DNA from: Squalus acanthias
Lineage: Eukaryota
DNA: 64,000 bases
Assembly: GCA_030390025.1 (NCBI GenBank)
Contig: JASTWF010000353.1
Span: 372,001-436,000, forward strand
Direction: 5' to 3'
Shown: one piece after another, positions 1 through 12,023 of the stretch
Layout: every line of letters begins with the position of its first letter
How positions within the stretch are numbered: position 1 is the stretch's first letter
The notes under the pieces: model-generated
What the model saw: only the letters and a program-made list of their open reading frames with translations
The model's database searches: none
Told to the model about the DNA's origin: nothing
Position numbers and translations under genes: made by a program

Positions 1-73
1 GTTTTCTGTTAAAAACACTACAATCTTAACCTTGAACTATGAACTTAAAACTTAAAACTTATTACTATACAGT

Positions 74-94
74 GCCGCCCGTTCTCAGGGCGGC
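74..94 (-). other. Conserved GC-rich hairpin just after the pol stop
   Basis: GCCGCCC-GTTCTCA-GGGCGGC; also at 7475-7495 and the equivalent positions in C, D and E. Confidence 0.7.
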
Positions 95-98
95 CCCT

Positions 99-2581
99 TT
101 AAATTCTGAGAAGGCTGCTGCGAGCTCTTCCCGACGGTGGGAGGGCACTGACCCTTCCCTTTGATCTGCCGCAGCCTGTTGTTGCACTGATTCCTTCCTC
201 TGATCTGCCGCAGCCTGTTGCTGCTGCGATGGGGCCGGGCTGTATCTGGGTTGCCTTAACCTTTAGTCTACGCCTTGGGGCAGTCTGGGGACATGACCAC
301 ATCCTCCTGGGCTGGGGTTCTCTACTTGACCTACGGGGAGTTGCCATGGGCGGGGGTTCCGTCACTGACGGACCGGGTTCCGAGACTTCCATCGGGACGA
401 CCTGGGGTTCCACCACAGTCGCTGGCTCCGCCTCCGCTGACTCCGCCTCCCTAACCTCGGGGCTCGCAGTTTGTGGCTCCGCCTTGCTCGGCCCAGCAGG
501 CGGCCCTTCACTCGTGATCTCTGCCTCCCCCAAGGACGGGACGTTCAAAGCGGGCGGCTCTGTCTCTGGGGTCCTCACCGTCACTCCCTGTGCTCCCACA
601 GCGGCTGGCCCCGCCTCCCCTAGCTCCTCCCTCCTGTCCTCGGGACCTGCAGCTTGTGTGTCCACCCTGTGTGGATCTCTATCTGCAGCCCGTATCCTCC
701 CTATATCTAAAATGGGACCTTTCCTCAAAAACCACTCGTCTTCATCACTATCCTCATCTGACTCGAGTTCCCGGAATTCTCCCTCATCTGACTCCCAACC
801 CCACAAAAATGCTTCATGATCTTCCAGGATGTCCCCTCCCCTGATGCAAGCTGCTTTGCCTGCCCGTGTGCCTTGTGGTCCTACCTGGGGCTGTGCTTCC
901 CCACTGGCGGGGTTTACCCCTGTGGTTTTCCCTTGCGCACCTGGCTTGTACAGTTTGCATTGGTTTACGTGGAACCACTTAGTGCGCCGAGGTACTTTTA
1001 CAGCGTATACCATGGGACTCGCCTTGTCTACAATGTTGTAGGGTCCCATATACAGTGGTTCCAGACTCCCTACTCTGGCGTAGTTTCTGACCATGACCTG
1101 GTCTCCTACTTCCCACTCCCGCGTTTTGCGGGGTTCCAGCAACAAGCGATTGCCCTGATGCTGCCTTCCCATGTTCCCAGCCGCCTGCTCATAAACCTGC
1201 TTCAGGCGCTCCAAGAGAGTCTGGGCGAACTTGTCCCTGCTTATCTCTTGGAGCTGACCCTCAGTGAGCACCGGCGCTAGCACATGGGTGGGGGTTCGCA
1301 TGAGCCTCCCAGTCATCACCTCGTGCGGGGAGTACCCCGTACTTTTTGACTGACTGGCCCGGACCCCCATGAGGACTAAAGGCAGAACTTCCGCCCATTT
1401 TTGGGGCGAGTTCCGAGTCTCTTTCCTCAATTTCTCCTTCAGGGTCCGGTTCATGCGTTCAACAATCCCGGATGACTGGGGATTGTGTGCTACGTGCCAC
1501 TTCCCTTCAATGCCCAAAAGCATGAGGGTGTTCTGCATCACCTGGCCGGTGAAATGACTCCCTTGGTCTGACTCCACAAAACGGGGAAGTCCCCACCGCG
1601 AGAACACTTCCCGGACCAAGATTTTTGCTGTACCCAGTGCCGTAGCTGTTCGACAGGGGAAGGCTTCCACCCACTTGGAAAACACATCCACCAAGACGAG
1701 GCAGTATTTATAACCTCCCTGGGTGGTGGGCAGGGGTCCTATATAGTCGATCTGTATCGACTGCCATGGTCCCTCTACCCTTCTTACGTGTCCCATGGGC
1801 ACCTTCCTTTTCTGGGGGTCTGGGTTGTTTGCAGCGCACACAAGACAGTTTGCACAGAACTCGCGGACTTGTTCCCTGAGCCCTGGCCACCATCCCGCTT
1901 GCTCTACCCGTTGCCAGGTAACCTCGGGCCCGGGGTGCCCTGCCCCTGGTCCCTCATGAGCCACCTGGAGGAATTCCCTCCTGTGCTGCTGCGGCACAAC
2001 CCACTGCTCCTCGCGGAACAGCATGCCTTCCTTAACTGAGAGGGTTGCCGTACTGTACGGACCTTCTACCTGCCTCCCCTCAGCAATGGTTTTTAGGATT
2101 GCTTTTAGGGCGGGATCCTGGGTTTGGACGGTCTTAAGGTCTAGGGGCAATGCTACCCTGGTGTTCCCGGGATTCCCGTCCCTGCCTCGGATCGCTGCTA
2201 TGGGTCTGGTCCCATAGGGGTCCCAGAAAATGCCGTTGCGGGCACCTTCCCTGGCTAGCGCATCCGCCTGCTGGTTGCCCTCCCCACGGGGCTCTGTGGA
2301 GGAGTGAGCTTTCACCTTATGGATGAAAATCTCTCCTTCCTCCCCTACTGCTGCTGCTAAGATCTTTTCCAGCAAGGGCTTCACCGTTAAAGGTCGCCCG
2401 TCCGCGGAGGTGTATCCACGGCGGGACCAAATGGCCAGGTATTCCGTACACGAATTGCAGGTGAACATACTGTCCGAGCAAATCGTGTATGGGGTTGGGA
2501 AAATGTCTGGGTGGGTAACAACGTACACCACGGCAGACAGCTCAGCCTGCTGCGCGCTCATGGTGCTGGGGAGCTTGATCG
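99..2581 (-). CDS. pol: Provirus A pol, 3' part: end of RNase H, integrase, acidic/Pro-rich tail
   Basis: AQQAELSAV, SDS, GNQQADALA (RNase H); H..H..C..C zinc finger; QIDYIGPLP, SDQGSHF, GIVERMN (DDE). Joined to 15566-17543 it gives 4461 nt, an intact frame. Confidence 0.93.
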
Positions 2582-4407
2582 TGTAAGGGATTCCTGACCC
2601 TGCGTGTCTCGCAGCCTGTGAGATTCACGCGGCTCTGTGCAGCCTGTATGTCAGTGCGGGTCTAGGCCTTGTTGCCTGTTCTGGTCTCCAGCCAGTCTGG
2701 GAACACTAGACACACCTGTGAGTGGTTCGAATCACTCTCCCTTACGGTTCTAGACACTGGACTTAGATGCGAGAGCAGTAATGGAGATAAAACTCATGTA
2801 GACTTGGTTTGAATGGTACGAAATGGAAAATCTTTATTGCATGATACTTAAAATTATGAAGTACATGTCATAAGCACAGATTAATGACAGTACAATCTTA
2901 CAAACAGTTATATAGTCGATCTTAGGGAAACGAGGAACGAACGGCACAAAGTAAATAGGGGCACACATTACAAATATCCTTAATCCTTAAACCCTCCCCT
3001 ATCAATATCTATCCTAAACTAGATTCGTAGGATCTCGAGACTCATGCTCACCACTCGTGATAACTCGGAGAAATTCCGAATAGCTGATCGGATGTTTTTC
3101 ACCGCAGCACCCACGTGTCGGTCAGGAGATCTCCTGGTCCCACTTGTTTACTTGCTTCTGCTGCTCCGGCTAGCAGGCTGGACCGTCTGCTGTGATGAAG
3201 ACCTGTGTTGGTTGGCTTAACAGGTACTCTTGGAGCACAGTTGTCAATATCATCGATACGATGTGTTTTCACGTTCCAGTTACCCTGGACACAGTCCAGT
3301 TATCGTCGATGCAATATGTTTTGTTATAAGTTCAAAAGAGAAATCTTCTGGCGAGGAAAACTTGGCTAATCGACCTACAGGCGCGGTCGGGATTTACTGA
3401 CCGTGGCGATGGATATGGTCTTCCTCTCTTCTCATCTCATCTCATCTCATCTCATCTCATCTCGGGCCTTCGGTTCCGCTGCCAGTTACCAACATAGGTC
3501 TTCGTTACGCGACACGAGGTAGATCCGAACGGATCAGAAAAGTTCAACAGTCTTTTCAGAAGAGGCGACAGGCAAGCAGAAGCCCATCTACGAGTACACA
3601 GGAGCAGCCACGAGGTTACGAATCGACCGGATAAAAACACAGGAGCAAGCGAGCGAATGCAAGAGCAAGAGAGAGAATGGACGGTTTGGAGCCTGCAATT
3701 ATAGTGCAAAAATCTTCCGTTTCCCGCCCAACTATAATGTCCATTCTTTTGTTTAGGGTTTGGCGCCCAAATGTCTTGTATGGGTGATCTCCGTTCTTAA
3801 TGGGTTTCGGGGCTACTCGTAAATGTCTGAGTACCTGTTAATATTTCTCCCATTGTTAAATCGGTCGGTGTTCTCCCTGGAGGGGTTTGGGGCTTCCAAG
3901 TGTCCTGTATAACTACCTGCTAACGGCTCTCTCATCGTAGAGTCGTTGGGATTTTACATATTAATGTCCTTTGGATGGGCCCTTGATTACTCGGTACAAT
4001 GGCTTTCCTTTGTACCTGGGAGACCGATTCCAGTATCTATGTTTATACTGCAAACCCATAATGTCTCGTGTATAACAACAGAAAACGCTGGAAAAACTCA
4101 GCAGGCCAGGCAGCATCCGTGGAGAGAGAAAGAGAGTTGACGTTTCAGGTCGATGACCTTTCATCGTCTCGTGTATTATCTTCACTGTGCTGCATCTTAA
4201 TCGATCTTGCACAAATGTTTATTGGAACGCCATCTTGTCTGCCTGTTGAAAAGTCTAGAATGTTCTGTCACGAGGTGCGGCGGCCATTTTACAGGCTGCT
4301 TGTGTCCAATTTAAACCTGCCAGCATTCTGCTGAAATAAAAGCTGTTTGAACGAAACTTTGTGTTTTCTCCTTATTAATCAACTCGCGATATATTGCGAA
4401 TTCTACA
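2582..4407 (-). repeat. Provirus B 3' LTR (1826 bp including a 92-bp insert and its 11-bp TSD)
   Basis: TGTAAGGG...TTCTACA termini; PPT adjacent at 4408; near-identical to 13839-15561; (TCTCA)n at about 3430-3462. Confidence 0.96.
4074..4165 (-). mobile_element. Short retroposed insert with a 5'-truncated hammerhead-like core (Penelope-like/SINE fragment)
   Basis: Absent from the 5' LTR; TSD GTCTCGTGTAT at 4063-4073 and 4166-4176; minus strand reads GATGA-A-AGGT-catcg-ACCT-GAAA-CGTC. Confidence 0.8.
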
Positions 4408-4417
4408 GTCCCTCCTG
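4408..4417 (-). promoter_or_regulatory. Polypurine tract (PPT) of B
   Basis: CAGGAGGGAC directly before the 3' LTR; same motif at 21604, 36852, 54300-54309 and 61180. Confidence 0.85.
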
Positions 4418-4860
4418 TTGATGCGAATAACTCCGCTTATCGTATCAAAAATCATAGTGGTGAGCAATATTATCTCGATTTCTCTCCGAATCCAGTAAAT
4501 TAATCCCATAATTTTTAACTTATCTAGGGTCCCTGTGTCGTCCTCGTTTCCCAAGAAAACCACATTTTATATCACCGTAGGCATTATTTGCCCTTAAACT
4601 TACACCACTTGTTTTCCTTCCCGGCGTAACCAGGCCGATACCTCTCGTATCACCTGTACATTTGTCTTTTATTCAGGGAAAAGAGAAACAAAACCCAAAA
4701 CCAAACAATCATTTTTTAACTATAACACCATCACCAAAATAAATCAACACCAACTCTTAAAACATGTCGAGTTCCCAACGTATTTACAATCTCTGAAAAT
4801 CTTATATGAGTACAAACTTCCGCGGCGCACGCGGCGAGCGGGAGTGACGCCATTTTCCGA

Positions 4861-7214
4861 TTACACGGTGCTCTCATCGTGCACGCGCACGTAACGTTCT
4901 CGCCACTCTCCCGTGTTTTCATGCTTGGTGAGGCGTTTGTCTCTTTTACAATGCACGACCAATAGGTACACTACAATAAACACTTGACATACGACTAAAA
5001 TGTGGGAGGCTATTCTGATCCATGAAGGCACTTCAATATTAGTGAACAGATTCCACCACGGTGGAACTACTATATCCAGAATGTCTGTTCCTATTTCGAC
5101 AGTTTTCTGCTCTAATGTATAAAAATGTTTCTGTGATACCGCGACGGCTTTCAGAAGTTTGGTTAAGTGTTCAGGGAGAGGGGGAATGAGGTATCCAAAA
5201 TGCGCGACGAATCGCTGCAAGTCGGTGAAATTCTCTTTTACTGTGAGATGAACAGTGGATGGTTCAGGGATTGGGATAATTCGCTGTTGTGCTACTTGAA
5301 CTTCAGCCCTGGGTTTAAAACAGAAACTGCTGTCACTCACCGGACACCGGCTACGGTTTCCATGCTGGTAGTGTTGCGCTGCAGTGGTAACACAATATGT
5401 TCCACCCCCGATGTATGCTACCTGCGGAGGCACATGATCTTGTGCCATTGCCTCCATGGTGTAATTCATGGACTTGGCGCCAGCCGTTCTGAACCCGCAC
5501 TGTGGTGTTAAAAAGGCATTCAAGTGCTGGGGGCACAGTATTATGTGTGCTCCCCTGCCACGACAACCAGAGAGGTCTGTACCTGTCATCGTTTGCTCCC
5601 AGCGGATGACGTAAGGTGGAACCGCTGCATAACGAATGTGGGCTCCCCCCTGAATGACACCGATGTTCTCTACCCGATATACCGGGGCGGGCTTTGCTGT
5701 GTCGCCCAAAATCGGCATACGTAATACTATTCCCATAATAGTATGGTTTGAACGTCCGCAGTCCACGGGGACTGGGTATGCTTCTGAAGCTAGCCTGAGC
5801 TGACACGGACTTAATGCGTTCTGAAAAGGGTGGAGCGCCCGCAGGTGTTTGTTACTTATCCAGGACGGAACCAAACCTTGTTTTAAATCCTCCAAATTAC
5901 TGCGGCCCTCGCCCAGTAACCACGCCCCGTAAAGCACGCACACCTCGTTCTGCGCAGCTTGATCGGATGCATTCCGATCTTCCCTGATCAGGGCATTTAC
6001 CGTACGCGCATGTTTCTCCAGCTCTGCTATAATTTCCTTTAAATGGAGAGTCATGGCTTGGTCCTCGTGTAGACCTGACCCTACCACTTTATTCTCATCT
6101 GTTAGAATGTCTTTTAATTGCGTCTTTAAACCATTAATCTGGGTCTGCAGCTCCACACTGTCTAGAGCGTTGACCACAGATGTACCCGTGTTAAAAGCAG
6201 TGAACGCATCGTTCACCAAACCCCTTCTTTGCCTCCCTACTTGATCCAAAACTTCCTGTGGTGCGGTGTACAAACTTGTTTTATCAATTTCTGCAAAATC
6301 AAACTCGTAGAATTGTCTGAACATCTTGGTCAACAGGACCTGATACAACTGTTCCGTCTTTTTGGGGCACCACTCTGGTAACCGCACCTCGGTGAGATTT
6401 AAAATCACCGAGGCCACCGCGTAATGTACCCCCTGAAATAGTATCTGGTCTGTGGGGACCAGTACCAAACCATTCCCGGGTCCCTTACTAGTTTTAGGGC
6501 ACCCTTCTTCCTCAGCTAGAACCATCGGAATCGTGGGCGGGGCTTTGCGTGGGCGCGTAATGAGTTCAGTGGCATTTACTGGGATCGGGGAGAATGGGGC
6601 TCCGCACCCCCTGGTGCTCGCATCCCACCTCATCCCCTGTCCGTTATCCTGCCATTGATTAATAAAAAAAATATGGAGATGCCCTTGGGGCAAACGTACT
6701 TTGACCCCCACATACATACATAAATTCCCTCATCCGGTTCCCACCATTTGTCCCAACAGACTTTCACTTGTCCGTCTGTCCCCGTAATTGTCCGATGGGT
6801 ATTATTACCCAGTCGTTCCCACTCGACCGAAGAGTTTCTCATAGTTTTGCTCAGCTTTCGCAGCCACCACCATCGGCTCAATGGGACCTTCCCACTACAA
6901 GTCAAACAAATCCGTTTGCCGACGGTGACGCTGATCCTGGGTGCGATGATCCTTACTTTGGGGCACAGTAAAGAAGTCTCTTGGTAGGCAAACCCCGATG
7001 TGCTAGAATACTCCGTTGAGTTCGTTCCCAGCCATCCTGGCCACCTTCCCTTGTGGAAATAGGTGCTGGTCTCCTCTGCCTCCCGTCTTCCGGTCCCATC
7101 CACCGCGATGGGGGCCGTGTCCCCGGAACATCCAAACACCACGACATCCTTGGTGCGGCCTCGATAGGCCAATCCACATCCGATTGCCACGAGCAATACT
7201 AGAATTCGTTCCAT
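4861..7214 (-). pseudogene. env: Provirus B env, with a +2 frameshift in an A-run near 6665
   Basis: ORFs 6630-7397 and 4861-6717 together match the intact env of C and E; signal MERILVLL, furin RQRR, TM. Confidence 0.9.
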
Positions 7215-7499
7215 CCTTCCTTGGTTCCTGTGATCAGATAGAATGAGGTAGCCAGCCTCGCAAGAGTCTCTGGCTTTTGTGAAGGGTGAGCGGGTCCCCT
7301 GACCTCGCCTCACGTAAACTTCAACGTTTGCTGAATAAACTTCCACTAAACCTATCTTTAAAACTCCCATCATTTTATCGTTTTCTGTTAAAAACACTAC
7401 AAACTTAGCCTTATTAAAACTATAAACTTAACCTTGAACTATAAACTTAAAACTTAACCTTGTTACTATACAGTGCCGCCCGTTCTCAGGGCGGCCCCT

Positions 7500-10400
7500 T
7501 TAAATTCTGAGAAGGCTGCTGCGAGCTCTTCCCGACGGTGGGAGGGCACTGACCCTTCCCTCTGATCTGCCGCAGCCTGTTGCTGCGCTGACCCTTCCCT
7601 CTGATCTGCCGCAGCCTGTTACTGCTGCGACGTGGCCGGTCTGTACCCGGGTTATCTTAACCTGAAGTCTACGCCTTGGGGCAGTCTGGGGACATGACCA
7701 CATCCTCCTGGGCTGGGGTTCTCTACTTGACCTACGGGGAGTTGCTATGGGCGGGGGTTCCGTGACGGACGGACCGGGTTCCGAGACCTCCAACGGGATG
7801 ACCTGGGGTTCCATCACAGTCGCCGGCTCCGCCTCCGCTGACTCCGCCTCCCTAACCTCGGGGCTGGCAGTTCGTGGCTCCGCCCTGCTCGGCCCAGCAG
7901 GCGGCCCTTCACTCGTGATCTCTGCCTCCCCTGAGGACTGGACGTTCAAAGCGGGCGGCCACATCTCTGGGAGCCACACCGGTACTCTCTGTGCTCCTAT
8001 AGCGGCTGGCCCTGCCTCCTCTAGCTCCTCCCTCCTGTCCTCGGGACCTGCAGCTTGTGTGTCCACCCTGTGTGGATCTCTACCTACAGGCCCCATTCCC
8101 TCCAGACCGTTCCTCAGGAACCACCCGTCATCATCACTATGCTCATCTGCACTATCCTCATCTGACCAGGGTACCCTGAGTTCTTCCTCATCTAACCCCC
8201 AATTCCAGAAAAACGCTGCATGATCGTCCGGGATGTCCCTTCCCCTGATGCAAGCTGCTATGCCTGCCTGTGTGCCTTGTGGTCCTACCTGGGGCTGTGC
8301 TTTCCCATTGGCGGGATTTACCCCTGTAGTTTTCCCCTGCGCACCTGGCTGGTACAGTTTGCATTGGTTTATGTGGAACCACTTAGTGCGCCGAGGTACT
8401 TTTACAGCGTAAACCATGGGACTCGCCTTGTCTACAATGTTGTAGGGTCCCATATACAGTGGTTCCAGACTCCCTACTCTGGCGTAGTTTCTGACCATGA
8501 CCTGGTCTCCTACTTCCCACTCCCGCGTTTTGCGGGGTTCCAGCAACAAGCGATTGCCCTGATGCTGCCTTCCCATGTTCCCAGCCGCCTGCTCATAAAC
8601 TTGCTTCAGGCGCTCCAAGAGAGTCTGGGCGAACTTGTCCCTGCTTATCTCTTGGAGCTGACCCTCAGTGAGCACCGGGGCTAGCACATGGGTGGGGGTT
8701 CGCATGAGCCTGCCGGTCATTACCTCGTGCGGGGAGTACCCCGTACTTTTTGACTGACTGGCCCGGACCCCCATGAGGACTAAAGGCAGAACTTCCGCCC
8801 ATTTTTGGGGCGAGTTCCTAGTCTCTTTCCTCAATTTCTCCTTCAGGGTCCGGTTCATACGTTCAACAATCCCGGATGACTGGGGATTGTGTGCTACGTG
8901 CCACTTCCCTTCAATGCCCAAAAGCATGAGGGTGTTCTGCATCACCTGGCCGGTGAAATGACTCCCTTGGTCTGACTCCACAAAACGGGGGAGTCCCCAC
9001 CGCGAGAACACTTCCCGGACCAAGATTTTTGCTGTACCCAGTGCCGTAGCTGTTCGACAAGGGAAGGCTTCCACCCACTTGGAAAACACATCCACCAAGA
9101 CGAGGCAGTACTTATAACCTCCCTGGGTGGTGGGCAGGGGTCCTATATAGTCGATCTGTATCGACTGCCATGGTCCCTCTACCCTTCTTACGTGTCCCAT
9201 GGGCACCTTCCTTTTCTGGGGGTCTGGGTTGTTTGCAGCGCACACAAGACAGTTTGCACAGAACTCGCGGACTTGTTCCCTGAGCCCTGGCCACCATCCC
9301 GCTTGCTCTACCCGTTGCCAGGTAACCTCGGGCCCGGGGTGCCCTGCCCCTGGTCCCTCGTGAGCCAACTGGAGGAATTCCCTCCTGTGCTGCTGCGGCA
9401 CAACCCACTGCTCCTCGCGGAACAGCATGCCTTCCTTAACTGAGAGGGTTGCCGTACTGTACGGACCTTCTACCTGCCTCCCCTCAGCAATCGTTTTTAG
9501 GACTGCTTTTAGGGCGGGATCCTGGGCTTGGACGGTCTTGAGGTCTAGGGGCAATGCTACCCTGGTGTTCCCGGGATTCCCGTCCCCGCCTCGGACCGCT
9601 GCTATGGGTCCGGTCCTATAGGGGTTCCAGAAAGTGCCGTCGCGGGCACCCTCCCTGGCCAGCGCATCCGCCTGCGGGTTGCCCTCCCCACGGGGCTCTG
9701 TGGAGGAGTGAGCTTTCACCTTATGGATGAAAATCTCTCCTTCCTCCCCTACTGCTGCTGCTAAGATCTTTTCCAGCAAGGGCTTCACCGTTAAAGGTCG
9801 CCCGTCCGCGGAGGTGTATCCGCGGCGGGACCAAATGGCCAGGTATTCCGTACACGAATTGCAGGTGAACATACTGTCCGAGCAAATCGTGTATGGGGTT
9901 GGGAAAATGTCTGGGTGGGTCACAACGTACACCACGGCAGACAGCTCAGCCTGCTGCGCGCTCATGGTGCTAGGGAGCTTGATCGCCAGGGCAAGGTCTG
10001 CCGCAGGGTCATAAACTCCACACCCTGTGAGTCGCTCGCCAGCAGACACTGTGCTAGACCCATCAACATAAATCTCGCGCCCAGTGGGATGTATCCCGGC
10101 CCGTAAACCTATGTTGACGTCCCACACCCCTTCCACCGAACACCGGTGGGCTGTACCGGGGTATACCAAATTGGCCGCAAGCCTGGGCTCGCAAAGACCT
10201 TTTACTCTAAGATCCAGCTGGGAGAGAAGAAGGGTCCAACGCGCAATGCGTGCGCTGCTTACGGTCCCGTCTTTAATCCTCCCATCCAGAAGCATCTTAG
10301 TTGGTGTGTGATGTGTGAGGAGAGTGATGGGAGAGAGCCCTGTGAAGATCGCTGATCTTTTCACAGCCCAATGCGTGGCTAAAAGGTGCCTTTCGCAATT

Positions 10401-11963
10401 GGAGAAACTTCTCTCCACATCCGTTAATACCCTGGATGAATAGACAACCGGCCTCAGCTTGCCGTGACGCTCTTGGAGCAGCACGGCGCTTAAGCTGTCT
10501 CCGCTGGCAGCTACCTCCAGGAAAAACTCCTTCCCCCCATCTATGGCCCCTAAGGCTGGCGCGGTCTGCAGATCCCTTTTTAACTTCTCGAAGGCTGCTT
10601 GGCAGCCCTCGTCCCAAAGCCACTCCACCCCCTTATGGAGGAGTCGGAGGAGCGGCGCCGCTGTGGCCGCATAATCTTCGATAAAATCCCTGCAGTAACC
10701 GGTCAGTCCCAAGAAGGACCTCACACCCCTTACGTTGTTGGGAATCGGTAATTCTTGCACCGACTCCCTCCTTGCTTTGTCTATGGCTCTTTCCCCAGCG
10801 CGTATGGTCAGTCCCAGGAATTTTACTTCCCGCTGACCGATACGTGCTTTCTTAGGGTTTATTTTAAAACCCTTTCTCGCTAACAGCTCCCATAACTCGT
10901 CCAGTAGTGGTCCGTGCTCCTCCCTTGAGTCCGTAAATAGGAGCAAATCATCCACATACTGTACTATCTGATTGGGCTGACTAAACTCCTTTAAACTTCC
11001 TGCCATACACTGATGAAAAATGCTGGGGCTATTGTGGAAACCCTGTGGCAGACAGTTCCACGTGTACTGTTGCCCTTTGAAAGTAAAGGCAAACTTGTAC
11101 TGGTCCTCTCGCCGCAGCGGGATGGACCAAAAACCGTTCGAGATATCCAGCACCGTGAACGTGGTCGCGGACGCTGGGATGCTCCCTATTAGGTCAGCAA
11201 CTGCTGCTACTGTGGGCGCGCAGGCGGGAATGTTACCGTTAAGGACTCTGTAGTCCACCGTGGCTCTCCACGAATTATCCGGCTTCCTAACCGGCCATAA
11301 TGGGGAGTTCACGTGTGTGGCTATCGGCCTCAACACGCCCTGCTGCACCAAGGAAGACATTGCTGTCTCCATATCGGGTTCGGCTTCTTTGGGGAAGTTA
11401 TACTGCTTTTGGGGTCGGGTCATGGGGTCCCCATCTACGCTGACCTCAAACCCGACCACTCTCCCACAATCGTGCTTGTGGGTTGCAAACGCGTGCATAT
11501 TATCTGACACGTACGTTTGCATGTCCGTTGGGACATCTGCGACCATAAGCCTGAGGTCGTAGCCTCCGGATGGCTGTACGGTACACAGGACCCCTGTTTC
11601 TTCCTCCCCCGGAATCACTATTACCTCGCCCTTTTCACCTTTAGCCCCCCAGAGACAGTGATTTCTGAGGTCCACGAGGATCCCGTGTCCCGCTAGGAGA
11701 TCGGACCCGAGAATACCTCTTCCACCCCCCTTTTGCCATGCCATCAGTATACACTTCCACTTAAGGCGAAGTGTTCCTAAACGAATGGATAGCGGAAGGG
11801 AAAACGTGCCAGCCTGTTCTTTTCCTGTGAACCCTGCTAACGTGAATGGGACCTTGGTAGATAGCGGCGAGTCAAAAGGGTTATCTGTATGGATTATGGT
11901 GCAAGAGGCTCCCGTGTCCAACAAATAACTACCCTTCTGTTTCTCTACCTCCATCTCCACCAC
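7500..11963 (-). CDS. pol: Provirus B intact Pol (PR-RT-tether-RNase H-IN-tail); frame continues up to the gag stop at 12024
   Basis: LLDTGAS protease; LPQGF...QYVDDLL RT; degenerate RH (FLEVAAS); second RH IYVDGSS; HHCC and DDE integrase; 1487-aa ORF. Confidence 0.96.
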   Translation of the reverse strand: MVEMEVEKQKGSYLLDTGASCTIIHTDNPFDSPLSTKVPFTLAGFTGKEQAGTFSLPLSIRLGTLRLKWKCILMAWQKGGGRGILGSDLLAGHGILVDLRNHCLWGAKGEKGEVIVIPGEEETGVLCTVQPSGGYDLRLMVADVPTDMQTYVSDNMHAFATHKHDCGRVVGFEVSVDGDPMTRPQKQYNFPKEAEPDMETAMSSLVQQGVLRPIATHVNSPLWPVRKPDNSWRATVDYRVLNGNIPACAPTVAAVADLIGSIPASATTFTVLDISNGFWSIPLRREDQYKFAFTFKGQQYTWNCLPQGFHNSPSIFHQCMAGSLKEFSQPNQIVQYVDDLLLFTDSREEHGPLLDELWELLARKGFKINPKKARIGQREVKFLGLTIRAGERAIDKARRESVQELPIPNNVRGVRSFLGLTGYCRDFIEDYAATAAPLLRLLHKGVEWLWDEGCQAAFEKLKRDLQTAPALGAIDGGKEFFLEVAASGDSLSAVLLQERHGKLRPVVYSSRVLTDVERSFSNCERHLLATHWAVKRSAIFTGLSPITLLTHHTPTKMLLDGRIKDGTVSSARIARWTLLLSQLDLRVKGLCEPRLAANLVYPGTAHRCSVEGVWDVNIGLRAGIHPTGREIYVDGSSTVSAGERLTGCGVYDPAADLALAIKLPSTMSAQQAELSAVVYVVTHPDIFPTPYTICSDSMFTCNSCTEYLAIWSRRGYTSADGRPLTVKPLLEKILAAAVGEEGEIFIHKVKAHSSTEPRGEGNPQADALAREGARDGTFWNPYRTGPIAAVRGGDGNPGNTRVALPLDLKTVQAQDPALKAVLKTIAEGRQVEGPYSTATLSVKEGMLFREEQWVVPQQHRREFLQLAHEGPGAGHPGPEVTWQRVEQAGWWPGLREQVREFCANCLVCAANNPDPQKRKVPMGHVRRVEGPWQSIQIDYIGPLPTTQGGYKYCLVLVDVFSKWVEAFPCRTATALGTAKILVREVFSRWGLPRFVESDQGSHFTGQVMQNTLMLLGIEGKWHVAHNPQSSGIVERMNRTLKEKLRKETRNSPQKWAEVLPLVLMGVRASQSKSTGYSPHEVMTGRLMRTPTHVLAPVLTEGQLQEISRDKFAQTLLERLKQVYEQAAGNMGRQHQGNRLLLEPRKTREWEVGDQVMVRNYARVGSLEPLYMGPYNIVDKASPMVYAVKVPRRTKWFHINQCKLYQPGAQGKTTGVNPANGKAQPQVGPQGTQAGIAACIRGRDIPDDHAAFFWNWGLDEEELRVPWSDEDSADEHSDDDGWFLRNGLEGMGPVGRDPHRVDTQAAGPEDRREELEEAGPAAIGAQRVPVWLPEMWPPALNVQSSGEAEITSEGPPAGPSRAEPRTASPEVREAESAEAEPATVMEPQVIPLEVSEPGPSVTEPPPIATPRRSSREPQPRRMWSCPQTAPRRRLQVKITRVQTGHVAAVTGCGRSEGRVSAATGCGRSEGRVSALPPSGRARSSLLRI

Positions 11964-12023
11964 AGGTCGCCTCCACGCATCATAGCTAAGCGGACACAGG
12001 TAGACGGGCTGTGCTGGTTCTAG

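Noticed and set aside
74..100. Rho-independent terminator
   Set aside because: Eukaryotic proviral context; kept only as a conserved hairpin of unknown role
229..1280. Antisense ORFs over the pol tail (also 7747-8684, 24815-25378, 40076-40897, 50537-51100)
   Set aside because: Shadow frames of GC-rich coding sequence with variable ends; recurrence is explained by copy identity
2720..2737. tRNA gene or Pol III B-box (GGTTCGAATC)
   Set aside because: No A-box or cloverleaf visible; better explained as an LTR hairpin
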